Assembly: GCA_026993075.1 (NCBI GenBank)
Contig: JALWUQ010000088.1
Coordinates: 3,700-67,699 of the forward strand
Direction: 5' to 3'
Length of the DNA stretch: 64,000 bases
Source: Campylobacteraceae bacterium
GTDB lineage: Bacteria; Campylobacterota; Campylobacteria; Campylobacterales; JALSKU01
The translations under genes and the position numbers were made by a program. Below, in pieces: positions 39,094-48,052 of the stretch (its first letter is position 1; every line of letters starts with the position of its first letter). Below the pieces are notes generated by a model. That model searched no databases and was not told where the DNA came from. It saw only the letters and a list, made by a program, of their open reading frames with translations.

Positions 39094-41018
39094 CCAACAG
39101 AGGAGCCATTAGACACATCTTTCTCGGGTCTTATCAGCGTTAGAGTATCTTTATCTTTTACAGCCAAAAGCATTCCTTCACTTTTTTTAGAAAAAATTCT
39201 TGCGGGTTTTAAGTTTGAAACAACACATATTTGAGTATTTAATAAATTTTCAGGCGAATAAAACTGCTTTATACCAGCTACAATTTGTCTGGGTTTTTCT
39301 TCATTTAAGTCTACTTGAAGAATTAAAAGTTTGTCACTGCCTTCAATCTCCTTAGCTTCAATTACAGTTCCAATTTTTAGCTTTGTTTGGAAAAATTGTT
39401 CTATTGTTATAATGCCATCATTTTCAATTTTTTCTTTTTCTTTTTTTGGCTCAACTTTAGGTTCGGGCGAAGTCATAAGCATTTTTTCTATTTTTGGAAA
39501 AAGTGGAGGTAGTTTTTCTAAAATTATCTCATCAAGCAGCTCATTATTTTCAATATATTTTTTATATGTCATATTATTTATATCAAATCCAAAAACAGTA
39601 GCTATTTTTAACGAAGTTTTGGGCATTACAGGGTAGAGTAATATAGAAACTTTTGCTAACAAATTGGCAATCAAAGCAACCAAAGCCATAGCTTCTTCAT
39701 CTTTTTCTTCTTTCATTTTTGTCCAGGGTTCATATATGGCGATAGATTGATTTGCAATACTTAAGACTTTCCATAAACCTTCCAAATATCTATTTAACTG
39801 CATTTCAAATATATTTTCTTGTAAAGAGTCAATAATTTCTTCGCACTCTTTTAATTCTTTTTTATGATATTTTAATACATCTTTTGAATTTACAGTAAAT
39901 TTGAAATACTTTCCGCTCATTCCTAAAACTCTATTTACCAAGTTTCCCAAATCATTGCTAAGATCAGAATTTATCCTATCTACAAGTGCTTTTTGAGAAA
40001 AGTCTCCATCTTGACCAAAAGGAACTTCCCTGAGCATAAAATATCTGAAATTTTCAAGTCCGTAAGCATTGGCAACTTCTCTTGGATCTACAACATTACC
40101 TTTTGATTTACTCATCTTCTCACCATTTCTAGTCCACCATCCATGAGCTGCTATATGTTTTGGAAGAGGCAAATCCAAACTCATCAAAAAGGCAGGCCAG
40201 TAAATAGCATGAAATCTCAATATATCCTTTCCCACAACTTGCACAGTTGCCGGCCAAAACTTCATAAGTTCCCCGTCATCAGCATATCCAAGAGCGGTGA
40301 TATAATTGAGTAGAGCATCCAGCCATACATACATTACATGTTTTGGATCATTTATACTTTTAGGAAGCTTAACCCCCCAGTCAAAACTTGTTCTCGTAAC
40401 AGAAAGATCTCTCAAGCCTTGTTTTACAAAGCTAATAACTTCATTTTTCTTACCTTTTGGAAGAACACAGTTTTCTTTTTCTTCATACCATTTTAAAAGC
40501 TTATCTTCGTATTTTGAAAGTTTAAAAAAATAACTCTCTTCTTTTACTATACTTGTAGTCTTACCACAATCGGGACAAAATTCATTTTCTATAAGTTGAT
40601 TTTGCGTAAAAAATGATTCACAGCTTACACAATAGTGTCCTTCGTACATGTCCTTATAAATATCACCTTTTTCATACATAACCTCAAAAGCTTTTTGTAC
40701 GCCTTTTTTGTGGCTTTCATCAGTCGTTCTTATAAATTTATCATAACTTATATCAAATTCATCCCATAGATTCTTAAAATATCCACTAATCTCATCAGCA
40801 TATTGTTTTGCACTTTTTCCTCTTTTTTTTGCAGCTTCTTCTATCTTTTGTCCATGTTCATCGGTTCCGGTTAAAAAATATGTCTCAAGACCTATAAGTC
40901 TTGAATATCTTGCTATTGTATCGCATATTATAGTTGTATAGGCATGACCTATATGAGGTATATCATTTACATAATAAATTGGAGTTGTTATATAAGCTCT
41001 TTTGCATTTATTTTCCAT
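39090..41018 (-). CDS. metG: Methionyl-tRNA synthetase
   Basis: HIGH-type motif (PHIGHAYT), KMSKS, a Zn knuckle (CVSC...CPDC) and a C-terminal tRNA-binding (EMAP/Trbp111-like) domain. Confidence 0.95.
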   Translation of the reverse strand: MENKCKRAYITTPIYYVNDIPHIGHAYTTIICDTIARYSRLIGLETYFLTGTDEHGQKIEEAAKKRGKSAKQYADEISGYFKNLWDEFDISYDKFIRTTDESHKKGVQKAFEVMYEKGDIYKDMYEGHYCVSCESFFTQNQLIENEFCPDCGKTTSIVKEESYFFKLSKYEDKLLKWYEEKENCVLPKGKKNEVISFVKQGLRDLSVTRTSFDWGVKLPKSINDPKHVMYVWLDALLNYITALGYADDGELMKFWPATVQVVGKDILRFHAIYWPAFLMSLDLPLPKHIAAHGWWTRNGEKMSKSKGNVVDPREVANAYGLENFRYFMLREVPFGQDGDFSQKALVDRINSDLSNDLGNLVNRVLGMSGKYFKFTVNSKDVLKYHKKELKECEEIIDSLQENIFEMQLNRYLEGLWKVLSIANQSIAIYEPWTKMKEEKDEEAMALVALIANLLAKVSILLYPVMPKTSLKIATVFGFDINNMTYKKYIENNELLDEIILEKLPPLFPKIEKMLMTSPEPKVEPKKEKEKIENDGIITIEQFFQTKLKIGTVIEAKEIEGSDKLLILQVDLNEEKPRQIVAGIKQFYSPENLLNTQICVVSNLKPARIFSKKSEGMLLAVKDKDTLTLIRPEKDVSNGSSVG

Positions 41019-41035
41019 TGTTTAATCGCCTTTTT

Positions 41036-41248
41036 TTAAAATTCAAATCCACCGCTTTGTCCTTTATTCATACTGTTGTAAACTGCTTTAACATACTCAT
41101 TTCTTATAGCGCAGCCTATAATTTTATCGCATTTTAAGCAACTTTTTATATTATTTTTAATCTGACATTCTTTTAATGCCTTTTCTTTTTCCATAACTTC
41201 TATATCATAATCATTTAACTCTTTTTTATCTGCTGAGTACAAATTCAA
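41036..41248 (-). CDS. Small cysteine-containing conserved hypothetical protein
   Basis: 70 aa with four Cys at C28, C37, C40 and C46 (C-x8-C-x2-C-x5-C), wedged between fbp and metG. The start overlaps the fbp stop. Confidence 0.5.
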   Translation of the reverse strand: MNLYSADKKELNDYDIEVMEKEKALKECQIKNNIKSCLKCDKIIGCAIRNEYVKAVYNSMNKGQSGGFEF

Positions 41249-42102
41249 AGCTCATCTTTATATGATTTTTTAACAAACTCTATCTCTTCATTGGAGCCAA
41301 AAAAACAAGGTGTTGTATCATGTATATGAGTGGGAATCAAATCCAAAAGTCTTTTTTTGCCATCTATCGCCTTGCCTCCGGCTTTTTCATATATAAAAGC
41401 AAATGGAAATACTTCAAACAACATTCTAAGTTTTCCTTTTGGTTTGTCAATAGTTCCGGGATACGAAAAAAGTCCGCCACCTTTTAAGAGTATTTGATGA
41501 AGATCAGGAACCATTCCTCCGGAATATCTTAGTCTGTATCCTCTGCTAAAAAGCGTATCAATCATTTTTTTGTGATATGCTCTCCAATACTGCTGAGTGC
41601 CTCCGGGAGCATTTAATTTACCTTTTTCATTTAGCATTATTCGATTTAAAAATTTAAATTTATTATTTGATCCAAGTTTATACATTTCTACAGTATCTCT
41701 GGCAATCACCATTTCAACTCTTGGTCCGTATATTACATATACAGCAGCCTTTAGATTTTCACCGCTTATCCCATCTTCATAAATTCCAAAAATCGAACCT
41801 ACACTTAGATTGACATCAGCTAAACTTGAGCCATCAAGAGGATCATAAGCAATGGTATATTTTCCATCTGGATTGATAGTAAGAATATGCTCTTTTTCTT
41901 CACTTATAATTTCTTTTAAAGTATATACTTTGCTTAATTCTTCCTCAACAATGAGATCAGATTTAATATCAAGTTTTAACTGTACATCTCCTGTTGCATT
42001 TATGGTATCGCTATAAGAGACATCTTCTTCTATGAAAGCACTTTTTATCCTTATGGCGATTTTTTCTATCGCTTCTATAACTTCAATCATTATATTCTCC
42101 AT
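41245..42102 (-). CDS. fbp: Fructose-1,6-bisphosphatase, class 1 (short form)
   Basis: DPLDGSS metal-binding motif, GSIFGIY and YSGGMV.D.H..L. 285 aa. Confidence 0.85.
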   Translation of the reverse strand: MENIMIEVIEAIEKIAIRIKSAFIEEDVSYSDTINATGDVQLKLDIKSDLIVEEELSKVYTLKEIISEEKEHILTINPDGKYTIAYDPLDGSSLADVNLSVGSIFGIYEDGISGENLKAAVYVIYGPRVEMVIARDTVEMYKLGSNNKFKFLNRIMLNEKGKLNAPGGTQQYWRAYHKKMIDTLFSRGYRLRYSGGMVPDLHQILLKGGGLFSYPGTIDKPKGKLRMLFEVFPFAFIYEKAGGKAIDGKKRLLDLIPTHIHDTTPCFFGSNEEIEFVKKSYKDEL

Positions 42103-42580
42103 TATTTAAAATCCACTCTATTATCAAATCAATATTATTTAAATCTAGTATATCTATATTTTTTGGTATTTTATAATGATTTAAATCTACAGAATCATCA
42201 CAAGCTATAGCATTAATATATGGAAAATAATCCATATCAATACTGTTTCTAAAAATTCCTATTCTAGGCAGTTTTAAATATTTCAATCCTTCCACGATTA
42301 AAATATCATAATCCCCAAAAAGTTTTGATACATCTTCTATTGATTTATTTTCTTTAAAAAACATTGTTGTTCTATTTGGTGAAACAACCGCCACACTGGC
42401 TCCTGTATTTGAGAATTTCCAGCTATCTTTGCCTTCAACATCAAAATGAGCCTTGTCTCCTGGATCATTTTTAATGATGGCAACTTTATATTTTTTATTG
42501 AGTTTATTTGCAATCTTGACAATAGCAGTTGTTTTTCCACTGTTTGAGGGACCAGTAAAAGCGATAGAAATTTTTTTCAA
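42083..42580 (-). CDS. mobB: Molybdopterin-guanine dinucleotide biosynthesis adapter protein
   Basis: P-loop [11 protein letters not shown], 165 aa, MobB-like layout. Confidence 0.85.
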   Translation of the reverse strand: MKKISIAFTGPSNSGKTTAIVKIANKLNKKYKVAIIKNDPGDKAHFDVEGKDSWKFSNTGASVAVVSPNRTTMFFKENKSIEDVSKLFGDYDILIVEGLKYLKLPRIGIFRNSIDMDYFPYINAIACDDSVDLNHYKIPKNIDILDLNNIDLIIEWILNNGEYND

Positions 42581-42716
42581 AATTTATCCTTAAAATTTAG
42601 TTGGCTGTATTTTACAATAAAAGTTTTTATTATTTAATAAAACTGTTATAGATTTTTTCATATAATTAACCATAAATTACTTTTAGTGAAAACTAAAGTT
42701 ACACAAAAAGAGTAGC

Positions 42717-43220
42717 ATGACTAAAAAAACATTTTTACCAAGTATTATTTTTTCTATTTTATTTCTAACAGGATGTACGCACAAAATCCCCTTAAGTCAA
42801 TTAAATAAAGAAAAAATGCATGAACTTAGCATAGTAAATACAAGAAAAGGGGAGATTGTCAGTTCACAAGAAACCAAAGCTATTATTGTGGCAACATATC
42901 TAAATCCAATCAATGTAGATTTTATAAATAATAAAGAAGATGTATTTTTAGTGGGAGTATATATAAGTAACGATACTGGTGCTAAAATAAAAAGTTCTGC
43001 CGACCCTTTTTATAAATTTTCTCTAAATGGAGATACTGATATAACTGATATCCAAAAATTAAATTTACATAGTAAATACTTAAAGTTAGTTCCTTTAATC
43101 AATAAATGGGCAGAGTATTATTTGGTAAAATTTCCCGCAAAAAAATCAAGGATTTTAACACTTACTTTTGAGAATAAAGATTATGGGAAGGCTGTATTAA
43201 CTTTTGAAAAAGCGATTTGA
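42717..43220 (+). CDS. Hypothetical lipoprotein
   Basis: Lipobox FLTGC after a hydrophobic signal. No recognisable domain. Confidence 0.6.
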   Translation: MTKKTFLPSIIFSILFLTGCTHKIPLSQLNKEKMHELSIVNTRKGEIVSSQETKAIIVATYLNPINVDFINNKEDVFLVGVYISNDTGAKIKSSADPFYKFSLNGDTDITDIQKLNLHSKYLKLVPLINKWAEYYLVKFPAKKSRILTLTFENKDYGKAVLTFEKAI

Positions 43221-44814
43221 TATTGATATGTTCACCCAAAAGATTACTATAAATCAGATAATTTGCCATAACTTTCTTTCCATATCTTCTACTTTGGGCG
43301 TATGGAATAAGCTCCATGCTTAAATATGGCTCAAACTTTCCTTTTTGAAAAAATCCATTTTTTAGCATTCTCTTTGTAAAGCCGATACCTCCATTATATG
43401 CATAAGCTATAAAAAGTGGTTGTTTTAACTTTCTTTGCAGGTACTTTATGTGTCTATATGAAAAATTGTATGCAATTTTAGGTTTGAACATATCATCAAG
43501 TTTAAAATCTTTTATTTTTTCCTGTTTTGCTATGGCTTTGGCTAAAAATGGCATAAATTGCATCATTCCTAATGCATAAGATGAGGATATCGAAGTAGGT
43601 ATAAATCGGCTTTCCTGTCTTGCTATAGCAAGAATAAGTGCTTTTTTATCATCTGAATATGAATTTAAATATTTTTTATATGGTTGTATGAAATAATTAT
43701 ATCTTTTATAATTGACTCTTTCTAACGCAAATGCTTTAAATGGAAGTTCATCGCAACTTTTAAAACTTTTTGCTATTTTTGTCTTGTTGGAATCTTTATT
43801 GTTTAACTTATCAAGAATATTTAACCATTCAAAAGGATTTTCAATATTTATTTTAGGTTTTGTATTTACACAAGTTAAATTGTTTACTATATTTTTTGGC
43901 TGAACTCCAAGTTTATGCAGAGCATATAAAGAATAAATGTTTATATCGAAACTTTTTGAAAGAGTATACAAAAACTCTAAATTATTAGAAATTAGATATT
44001 TCCAAAAAAGTACCTTATCTTTATCAAATCTGAAATAATATTTTTTATTTGCAATATCCAAATATTGTAAAGCTTTTTTATTTTCATTAAATTTTAGTGA
44101 ATTCATAGCAAGAAAAAAATTACTTTGAGCACTCAAATTTGAACCATTTATATCAAGTAATGATTTTTGCAGATTTTTTAGTTTTAAATTTGTAACAATT
44201 AGCTTAATGGTTTTATTAAATTTTTGATTTTTTGAATATAACAGTATTTTATTATGTTTTATTGTCTTATTTAGCCATTTTTGGCGATATTTCGAGCCTA
44301 CATTATTGAAAATATTAAAAAAAATATCTTTTTTTGCTTTTAATAACATTTTAAAAGGTGTATTGCTTGATAAAATTTTTAAAGATTTATCTAGTTTTTT
44401 GTATTTGTCTTTTATTATATGTTCTATAATACCCAATTTTTCTTTCGATAGTTTTGTTCCATCATAAATACTAAAACCTATCTTAATACAATCAGCATCT
44501 TGTTTTAAAAACTCATTTGGTTTCAACATATAACACTTTAGAACCTTTTTATAAACTTTTTTATTTATTTTCCTCGCAAATCTTATAAAAAGTTTTTTAT
44601 TCATACTTTTTACTTCGCTTATTAGAGAAAATGCATTGTTTGAGCTTATATTTTGATCCAAATATCTCCATATATAATAATCTTTATATATACTTTTTGG
44701 CTTTGATTGCAAAAACTTATAAGTTATCACTTTTGAAAAGGATAGATTGGAAATAACCAATAGACAAATAGCTATTTTTATAAAAAAAAATTGTCTATTG
44801 TTTTGTTCTGGCAT
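43162..44814 (-). CDS. slt: Soluble lytic murein transglycosylase (Slt70-like)
   Basis: The C-terminal SLT catalytic region (ARQESRF......S...A.GMMQFMP..A) is preceded by a long helical-repeat-like N-terminal region. Signal peptide present. Confidence 0.8.
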   Translation of the reverse strand: MPEQNNRQFFFIKIAICLLVISNLSFSKVITYKFLQSKPKSIYKDYYIWRYLDQNISSNNAFSLISEVKSMNKKLFIRFARKINKKVYKKVLKCYMLKPNEFLKQDADCIKIGFSIYDGTKLSKEKLGIIEHIIKDKYKKLDKSLKILSSNTPFKMLLKAKKDIFFNIFNNVGSKYRQKWLNKTIKHNKILLYSKNQKFNKTIKLIVTNLKLKNLQKSLLDINGSNLSAQSNFFLAMNSLKFNENKKALQYLDIANKKYYFRFDKDKVLFWKYLISNNLEFLYTLSKSFDINIYSLYALHKLGVQPKNIVNNLTCVNTKPKINIENPFEWLNILDKLNNKDSNKTKIAKSFKSCDELPFKAFALERVNYKRYNYFIQPYKKYLNSYSDDKKALILAIARQESRFIPTSISSSYALGMMQFMPFLAKAIAKQEKIKDFKLDDMFKPKIAYNFSYRHIKYLQRKLKQPLFIAYAYNGGIGFTKRMLKNGFFQKGKFEPYLSMELIPYAQSRRYGKKVMANYLIYSNLLGEHINIKSLFQKLIQPSHNLYSQK

Positions 44815-45087
44815 CTATAAAGTTCTAAGTATGTTTGAAAGAAGTAATTCCACAAATTGAAGAGCTAATATAAGAATTACAGGAGAGAGATCAATCCCAC
44901 CAATTACAGTTGGTATATATCTTCTTATGTAAACATAAACCGGCTCAGTTAGTCTGTTTAAGGTCTGCACTATTGGATTGTAAGGATCAGGTCTTACCCA
45001 GGTTATCAAAGCAGCTATGATAACAACCCACACATACAGGCTTATCACCATACTTAACATTTGTATTATGGTTATAAGTACAACCAT
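44815..45087 (-). CDS. yggT: YggT family membrane protein
   Basis: 90 aa, two TM helices, and a P..DLSP..L.. motif region. Confidence 0.7.
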   Translation of the reverse strand: MVVLITIIQMLSMVISLYVWVVIIAALITWVRPDPYNPIVQTLNRLTEPVYVYIRRYIPTVIGGIDLSPVILILALQFVELLLSNILRTL

Positions 45088-45176
45088 TCTAACTCCTTAT
45101 TATTTCAAGTAAATTTATTCTTTGTATATAAATTTTACTTGTTGTATCTGTAATATAAATCGTATTTTATCTTAAA

Positions 45177-45190
45177 TATTCTTAAGAATA
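45177..45190. promoter_or_regulatory. 14-bp perfect palindrome upstream of the tandem Crp/Fnr genes
   Basis: TATTCTTAAGAATA. Its centre is about 59.5 bp upstream of a TATAAT at 45243-45248. It is not an FNR-type half-site. Confidence 0.3.
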
Positions 45191-45273
45191 GCTCTAAAAT
45201 ATAGATATAACAATATACATAAAAATTTAAGTAAAAAGTGATTATAATACAAGCAATATTTAAAAGGTTTTAT

Positions 45274-45912
45274 ATGATGAATATAAAGGAAATACCATTT
45301 TTCTCCAAGTTTAATGATATTGAAATAGCCAAACTTGATATTTCATCAAGTATTAACTATTTTGATAAAACAGAAATTATATATTATGAAGGTGAGGAGC
45401 CAAAATACTTATATGTGCTTCTTGAAGGTAGTACCAATATATATAAAACAAATTCCAAGGGAAAGCAGCTTTATATACATACAATAAATGCTATTGATTT
45501 TCTTGGAGAAGTTGCAATTTTTAAAAAAATTCCTTATCCGGCAACTGCAGAATGTGAAAGAAAATGTAAAGTTTTAAAAATTGATTATTTTAATTTGGAT
45601 GATGATTTTTGTAAAAAACTATTTTTTTGTCAGAAATTATTAGAATCTTTATATAAGCGTATACTGATTTTAATGAATGTGATTGATGATGGGTTTTTAA
45701 CATCCAAAGAGAGGGTTATAAAATTTATTTTAGAAAATGTAAATGATTTTTACAATGCCAAATATACAGATATTGCAAAAAAACTAAATATGACGCCTGA
45801 AACTCTTTCAAGAGTATTAAATAAACTTAAAGAGGCTGGCTATATAAGTATTGAGGAAAATCATAAAATTAAAATTATCTCAAAAGAAAATTTGATTAAA
45901 CTAAGTGAGTAA
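45274..45912 (+). CDS. Crp/Fnr family transcriptional regulator (paralogue 1)
   Basis: cNMP-binding-like beta-barrel (LYVLLEGS..IYK....GK....H......FLGE.A) and C-terminal HTH TPETLSRVLNKLK. There is no N-terminal Cys cluster. The start was moved from GTG 45238, which overlaps the -10 element, to ATG 45274. Confidence 0.85.
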   Translation: MMNIKEIPFFSKFNDIEIAKLDISSSINYFDKTEIIYYEGEEPKYLYVLLEGSTNIYKTNSKGKQLYIHTINAIDFLGEVAIFKKIPYPATAECERKCKVLKIDYFNLDDDFCKKLFFCQKLLESLYKRILILMNVIDDGFLTSKERVIKFILENVNDFYNAKYTDIAKKLNMTPETLSRVLNKLKEAGYISIEENHKIKIISKENLIKLSE

Positions 45913-45915
45913 TTT

Positions 45916-46554
45916 ATGTATTTAAAAGATATAGCACTATTTAGTAACTTAAATAAAGAAAATCTTGAGGCGATAGATAAAATATCAACATTAGTTGAAT
46001 TAAAAAGTGGAGATATTTTATTTTATGAAGGAGAAATGCCATACTTTTTACATGTCTTGATAAACGGAGTTATTAAGTTATACAAAACAGACTCAAAAGG
46101 AAGACAAAAATATATACATCAATTTACTCCTATATCTCTTATAGGTGAGTTAGCAAATTTTGAAAATGTAACTTTTCCGGCTACGGCCGAAGCAGTAACA
46201 AAAGTAGAAGTTTTAAAAATAGATTATAAAAGGTTACATGTTAATTTTTTTACAAACCCAAATATATCTTTCAGCATTATAAAATCATTATCGCAAAAAA
46301 TAAAAATTTTATCAAATTTTATTCATCAGGAAATGATATTATCAACCGAAGCTAAAGTGGTAAAGCTTATTGTTGAGCATAGTGAAATATTTGAAAAATT
46401 AAAAAATACAGATATAGCTGCAATAACTAATATTACTCCAGAAACATTATCAAGAATTTTGACAAAGCTTAAAAAATTAAATTATATTAAGTTTAATGAT
46501 AAACATGAGTTAGAAATTTTAGATAAAGAATCTTTAACTAAAATGTTTACTTAA
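45916..46554 (+). CDS. Crp/Fnr family transcriptional regulator (paralogue 2)
   Basis: Same architecture as paralogue 1, with HTH TPETLSRILTKLKK. It starts 3 nt after paralogue 1. Confidence 0.85.
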   Translation: MYLKDIALFSNLNKENLEAIDKISTLVELKSGDILFYEGEMPYFLHVLINGVIKLYKTDSKGRQKYIHQFTPISLIGELANFENVTFPATAEAVTKVEVLKIDYKRLHVNFFTNPNISFSIIKSLSQKIKILSNFIHQEMILSTEAKVVKLIVEHSEIFEKLKNTDIAAITNITPETLSRILTKLKKLNYIKFNDKHELEILDKESLTKMFT

Positions 46555-46558
46555 TAAT

Positions 46559-46588
46559 TAACCTTGCACATATACTTAAGGTCGGTTA
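46559..46588. repeat. MITE-like repeat, minimal copy C (termini only; forms a hairpin)
   Basis: TAACCTTGCAC-atata-CTTAAGGTCGGTTA. The left end matches copies A and B and the right end matches copy A. It lies between convergent genes, and its right TTA is the stop of the minus-strand small ORF. Confidence 0.65.
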
Positions 46589-46774
46589 AAAATATTCTAA
46601 AAACAAACCACCGATTAAAGATAACAATATAGTTAAAATAACTGTAAAAAGATTAAAATAGAAACTACTTAATGTATTATTTTTATCGAAAAATTCAACT
46701 ATTTTTATAGCTGGATAAATTGAAAAGAAAAGCAATACTATCGAAAAAACTAACAATAAAACTATCTCATTCAC
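46586..46774 (-). CDS. Small two-TM membrane protein
   Basis: 62 aa. GTG start preceded by AAAGGAG at an 8-nt spacing. Two hydrophobic helices. Confidence 0.5.
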   Translation of the reverse strand: MNEIVLLLVFSIVLLFFSIYPAIKIVEFFDKNNTLSSFYFNLFTVILTILLSLIGGLFLEYF

Positions 46775-46921
46775 TCTAAAATCTCCTTTTTAAAGACATC
46801 AAAATCATATTTTTTTGGATAAATAAGCAGATATAATCTTTTTTTTGATTATACAATAATACTATTAAATATTTGAATATATTATTAACTTACTGTCTTT
46901 TTTAATAATAATCTATAAAAA

Positions 46922-46935
46922 TTGATTTAAATCAA
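46922..46935. promoter_or_regulatory. FNR/CRP-type box upstream of the nor-nirS operon
   Basis: TTGATTTAAATCAA is a perfect TTGAT-N4-ATCAA palindrome. -10-like hexamers (TATAAT 46954, TACAAT 46959) lie 25-31 bp downstream of the box centre. Confidence 0.6.
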
Positions 46936-47010
46936 TGTTTTTATTTTATTTATATAATACAATACAAAATATAATTTGAATATTAAAAATTAAACTTAAG
47001 GATAATTAAG

Positions 47011-47337
47011 ATGTCAGGACCATTATATGTGCGACCAATTATTGCAGTAAATGATTTCCTTCCCATCTTTTTATCAGCAGCATCTATTTTAATATTTGGA
47101 TTGTTGTATGCAAGTATAGTCACGCTTGTTAAAATGCAAAAACTAAAAAAAATATATATGTTTTTAGCATACTTTTTTTGGATTTTGCAAGTTTACTGCA
47201 CATATTTTCTTACGGAAAAAATCCATAGTCAGCCTTTTACAGTTAAAGCGATGATTATAGCGATGGTTGCTTATCTTATAGTACCATATATATATTTCTA
47301 TTTGATAACTAAATCCGAAGAAAGATATGAAAAATAA
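47011..47337 (+). CDS. Three-TM membrane protein, first gene of the nor operon
   Basis: 108 aa, AAGGA SD, three hydrophobic helices. It ends 13 nt before the norC ATG. Confidence 0.55.
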   Translation: MSGPLYVRPIIAVNDFLPIFLSAASILIFGLLYASIVTLVKMQKLKKIYMFLAYFFWILQVYCTYFLTEKIHSQPFTVKAMIIAMVAYLIVPYIYFYLITKSEERYEK

Positions 47338-47350
47338 AAAAGGAGGACAA

Positions 47351-48052
47351 ATGTCTAAGAAAAAAGTTTCCGTTTGGTCGGATAATCGTTTTTGGCAAAG
47401 ATCTGCTGCTTGGGTAACAGGATTTGCATCACTTTTGTTGATATGGTTAACATTTAACACAATGGGTCAGATAACAATGGGAACCCAAAAAGATATAAAT
47501 AATCATATTGATAAAAGAGTCCCCTCAGCAACTGTAATTAACTATGAGATTCAGTATAAAATGAATCCCAGAAGAGGACATGAAGTACCTGTTATAGGTG
47601 GCGGTGACGGGAAAGGTAACTCTTTGTTTAAAGTAAAAGAGAAGTTTTTTGGAAGAGATAATTATACTCAAAAAGAAGCTGATGCACTTTTACATTTAGG
47701 TAAACTCACCGAACAGGCTAAAAACTGTATGGATTGTCATACACTTCTTGGTAACGGTGGATACTATGCACCTGATCTTACAAAAGCTTGGCTTGATCCT
47801 GCTTGGGGAAAAAACGGACCGATGCAGGCGATGACCGGTAAAAGCACAAAAGCAGAGGCAATGGCAGAGTTTCTACAGCACCCTGGCAAATATCCAACGC
47901 ATGCAAGAATGATGCCAAATCTTCATATAACAGCTAAAGAGGCCAAAGGACTTGTAGCATTTTTGAAGCAAATGTCCTCTATTGATACAAATGGCTTCCC
48001 GCGAGGCTTTGGAAAGATTAAAGAAGGAGTAGTTTATGCAAGGTCGAAATAG
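47351..48052 (+). CDS. norC: Nitric oxide reductase cytochrome c subunit (extended form)
   Basis: N-terminal anchor, heme motif CMDCH followed by TLLGNGGYYAPDL (NorC signature), and ATG 47351 after AGGAGG. At 233 aa it is longer than classical NorC. Confidence 0.85.
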   Translation: MSKKKVSVWSDNRFWQRSAAWVTGFASLLLIWLTFNTMGQITMGTQKDINNHIDKRVPSATVINYEIQYKMNPRRGHEVPVIGGGDGKGNSLFKVKEKFFGRDNYTQKEADALLHLGKLTEQAKNCMDCHTLLGNGGYYAPDLTKAWLDPAWGKNGPMQAMTGKSTKAEAMAEFLQHPGKYPTHARMMPNLHITAKEAKGLVAFLKQMSSIDTNGFPRGFGKIKEGVVYARSK

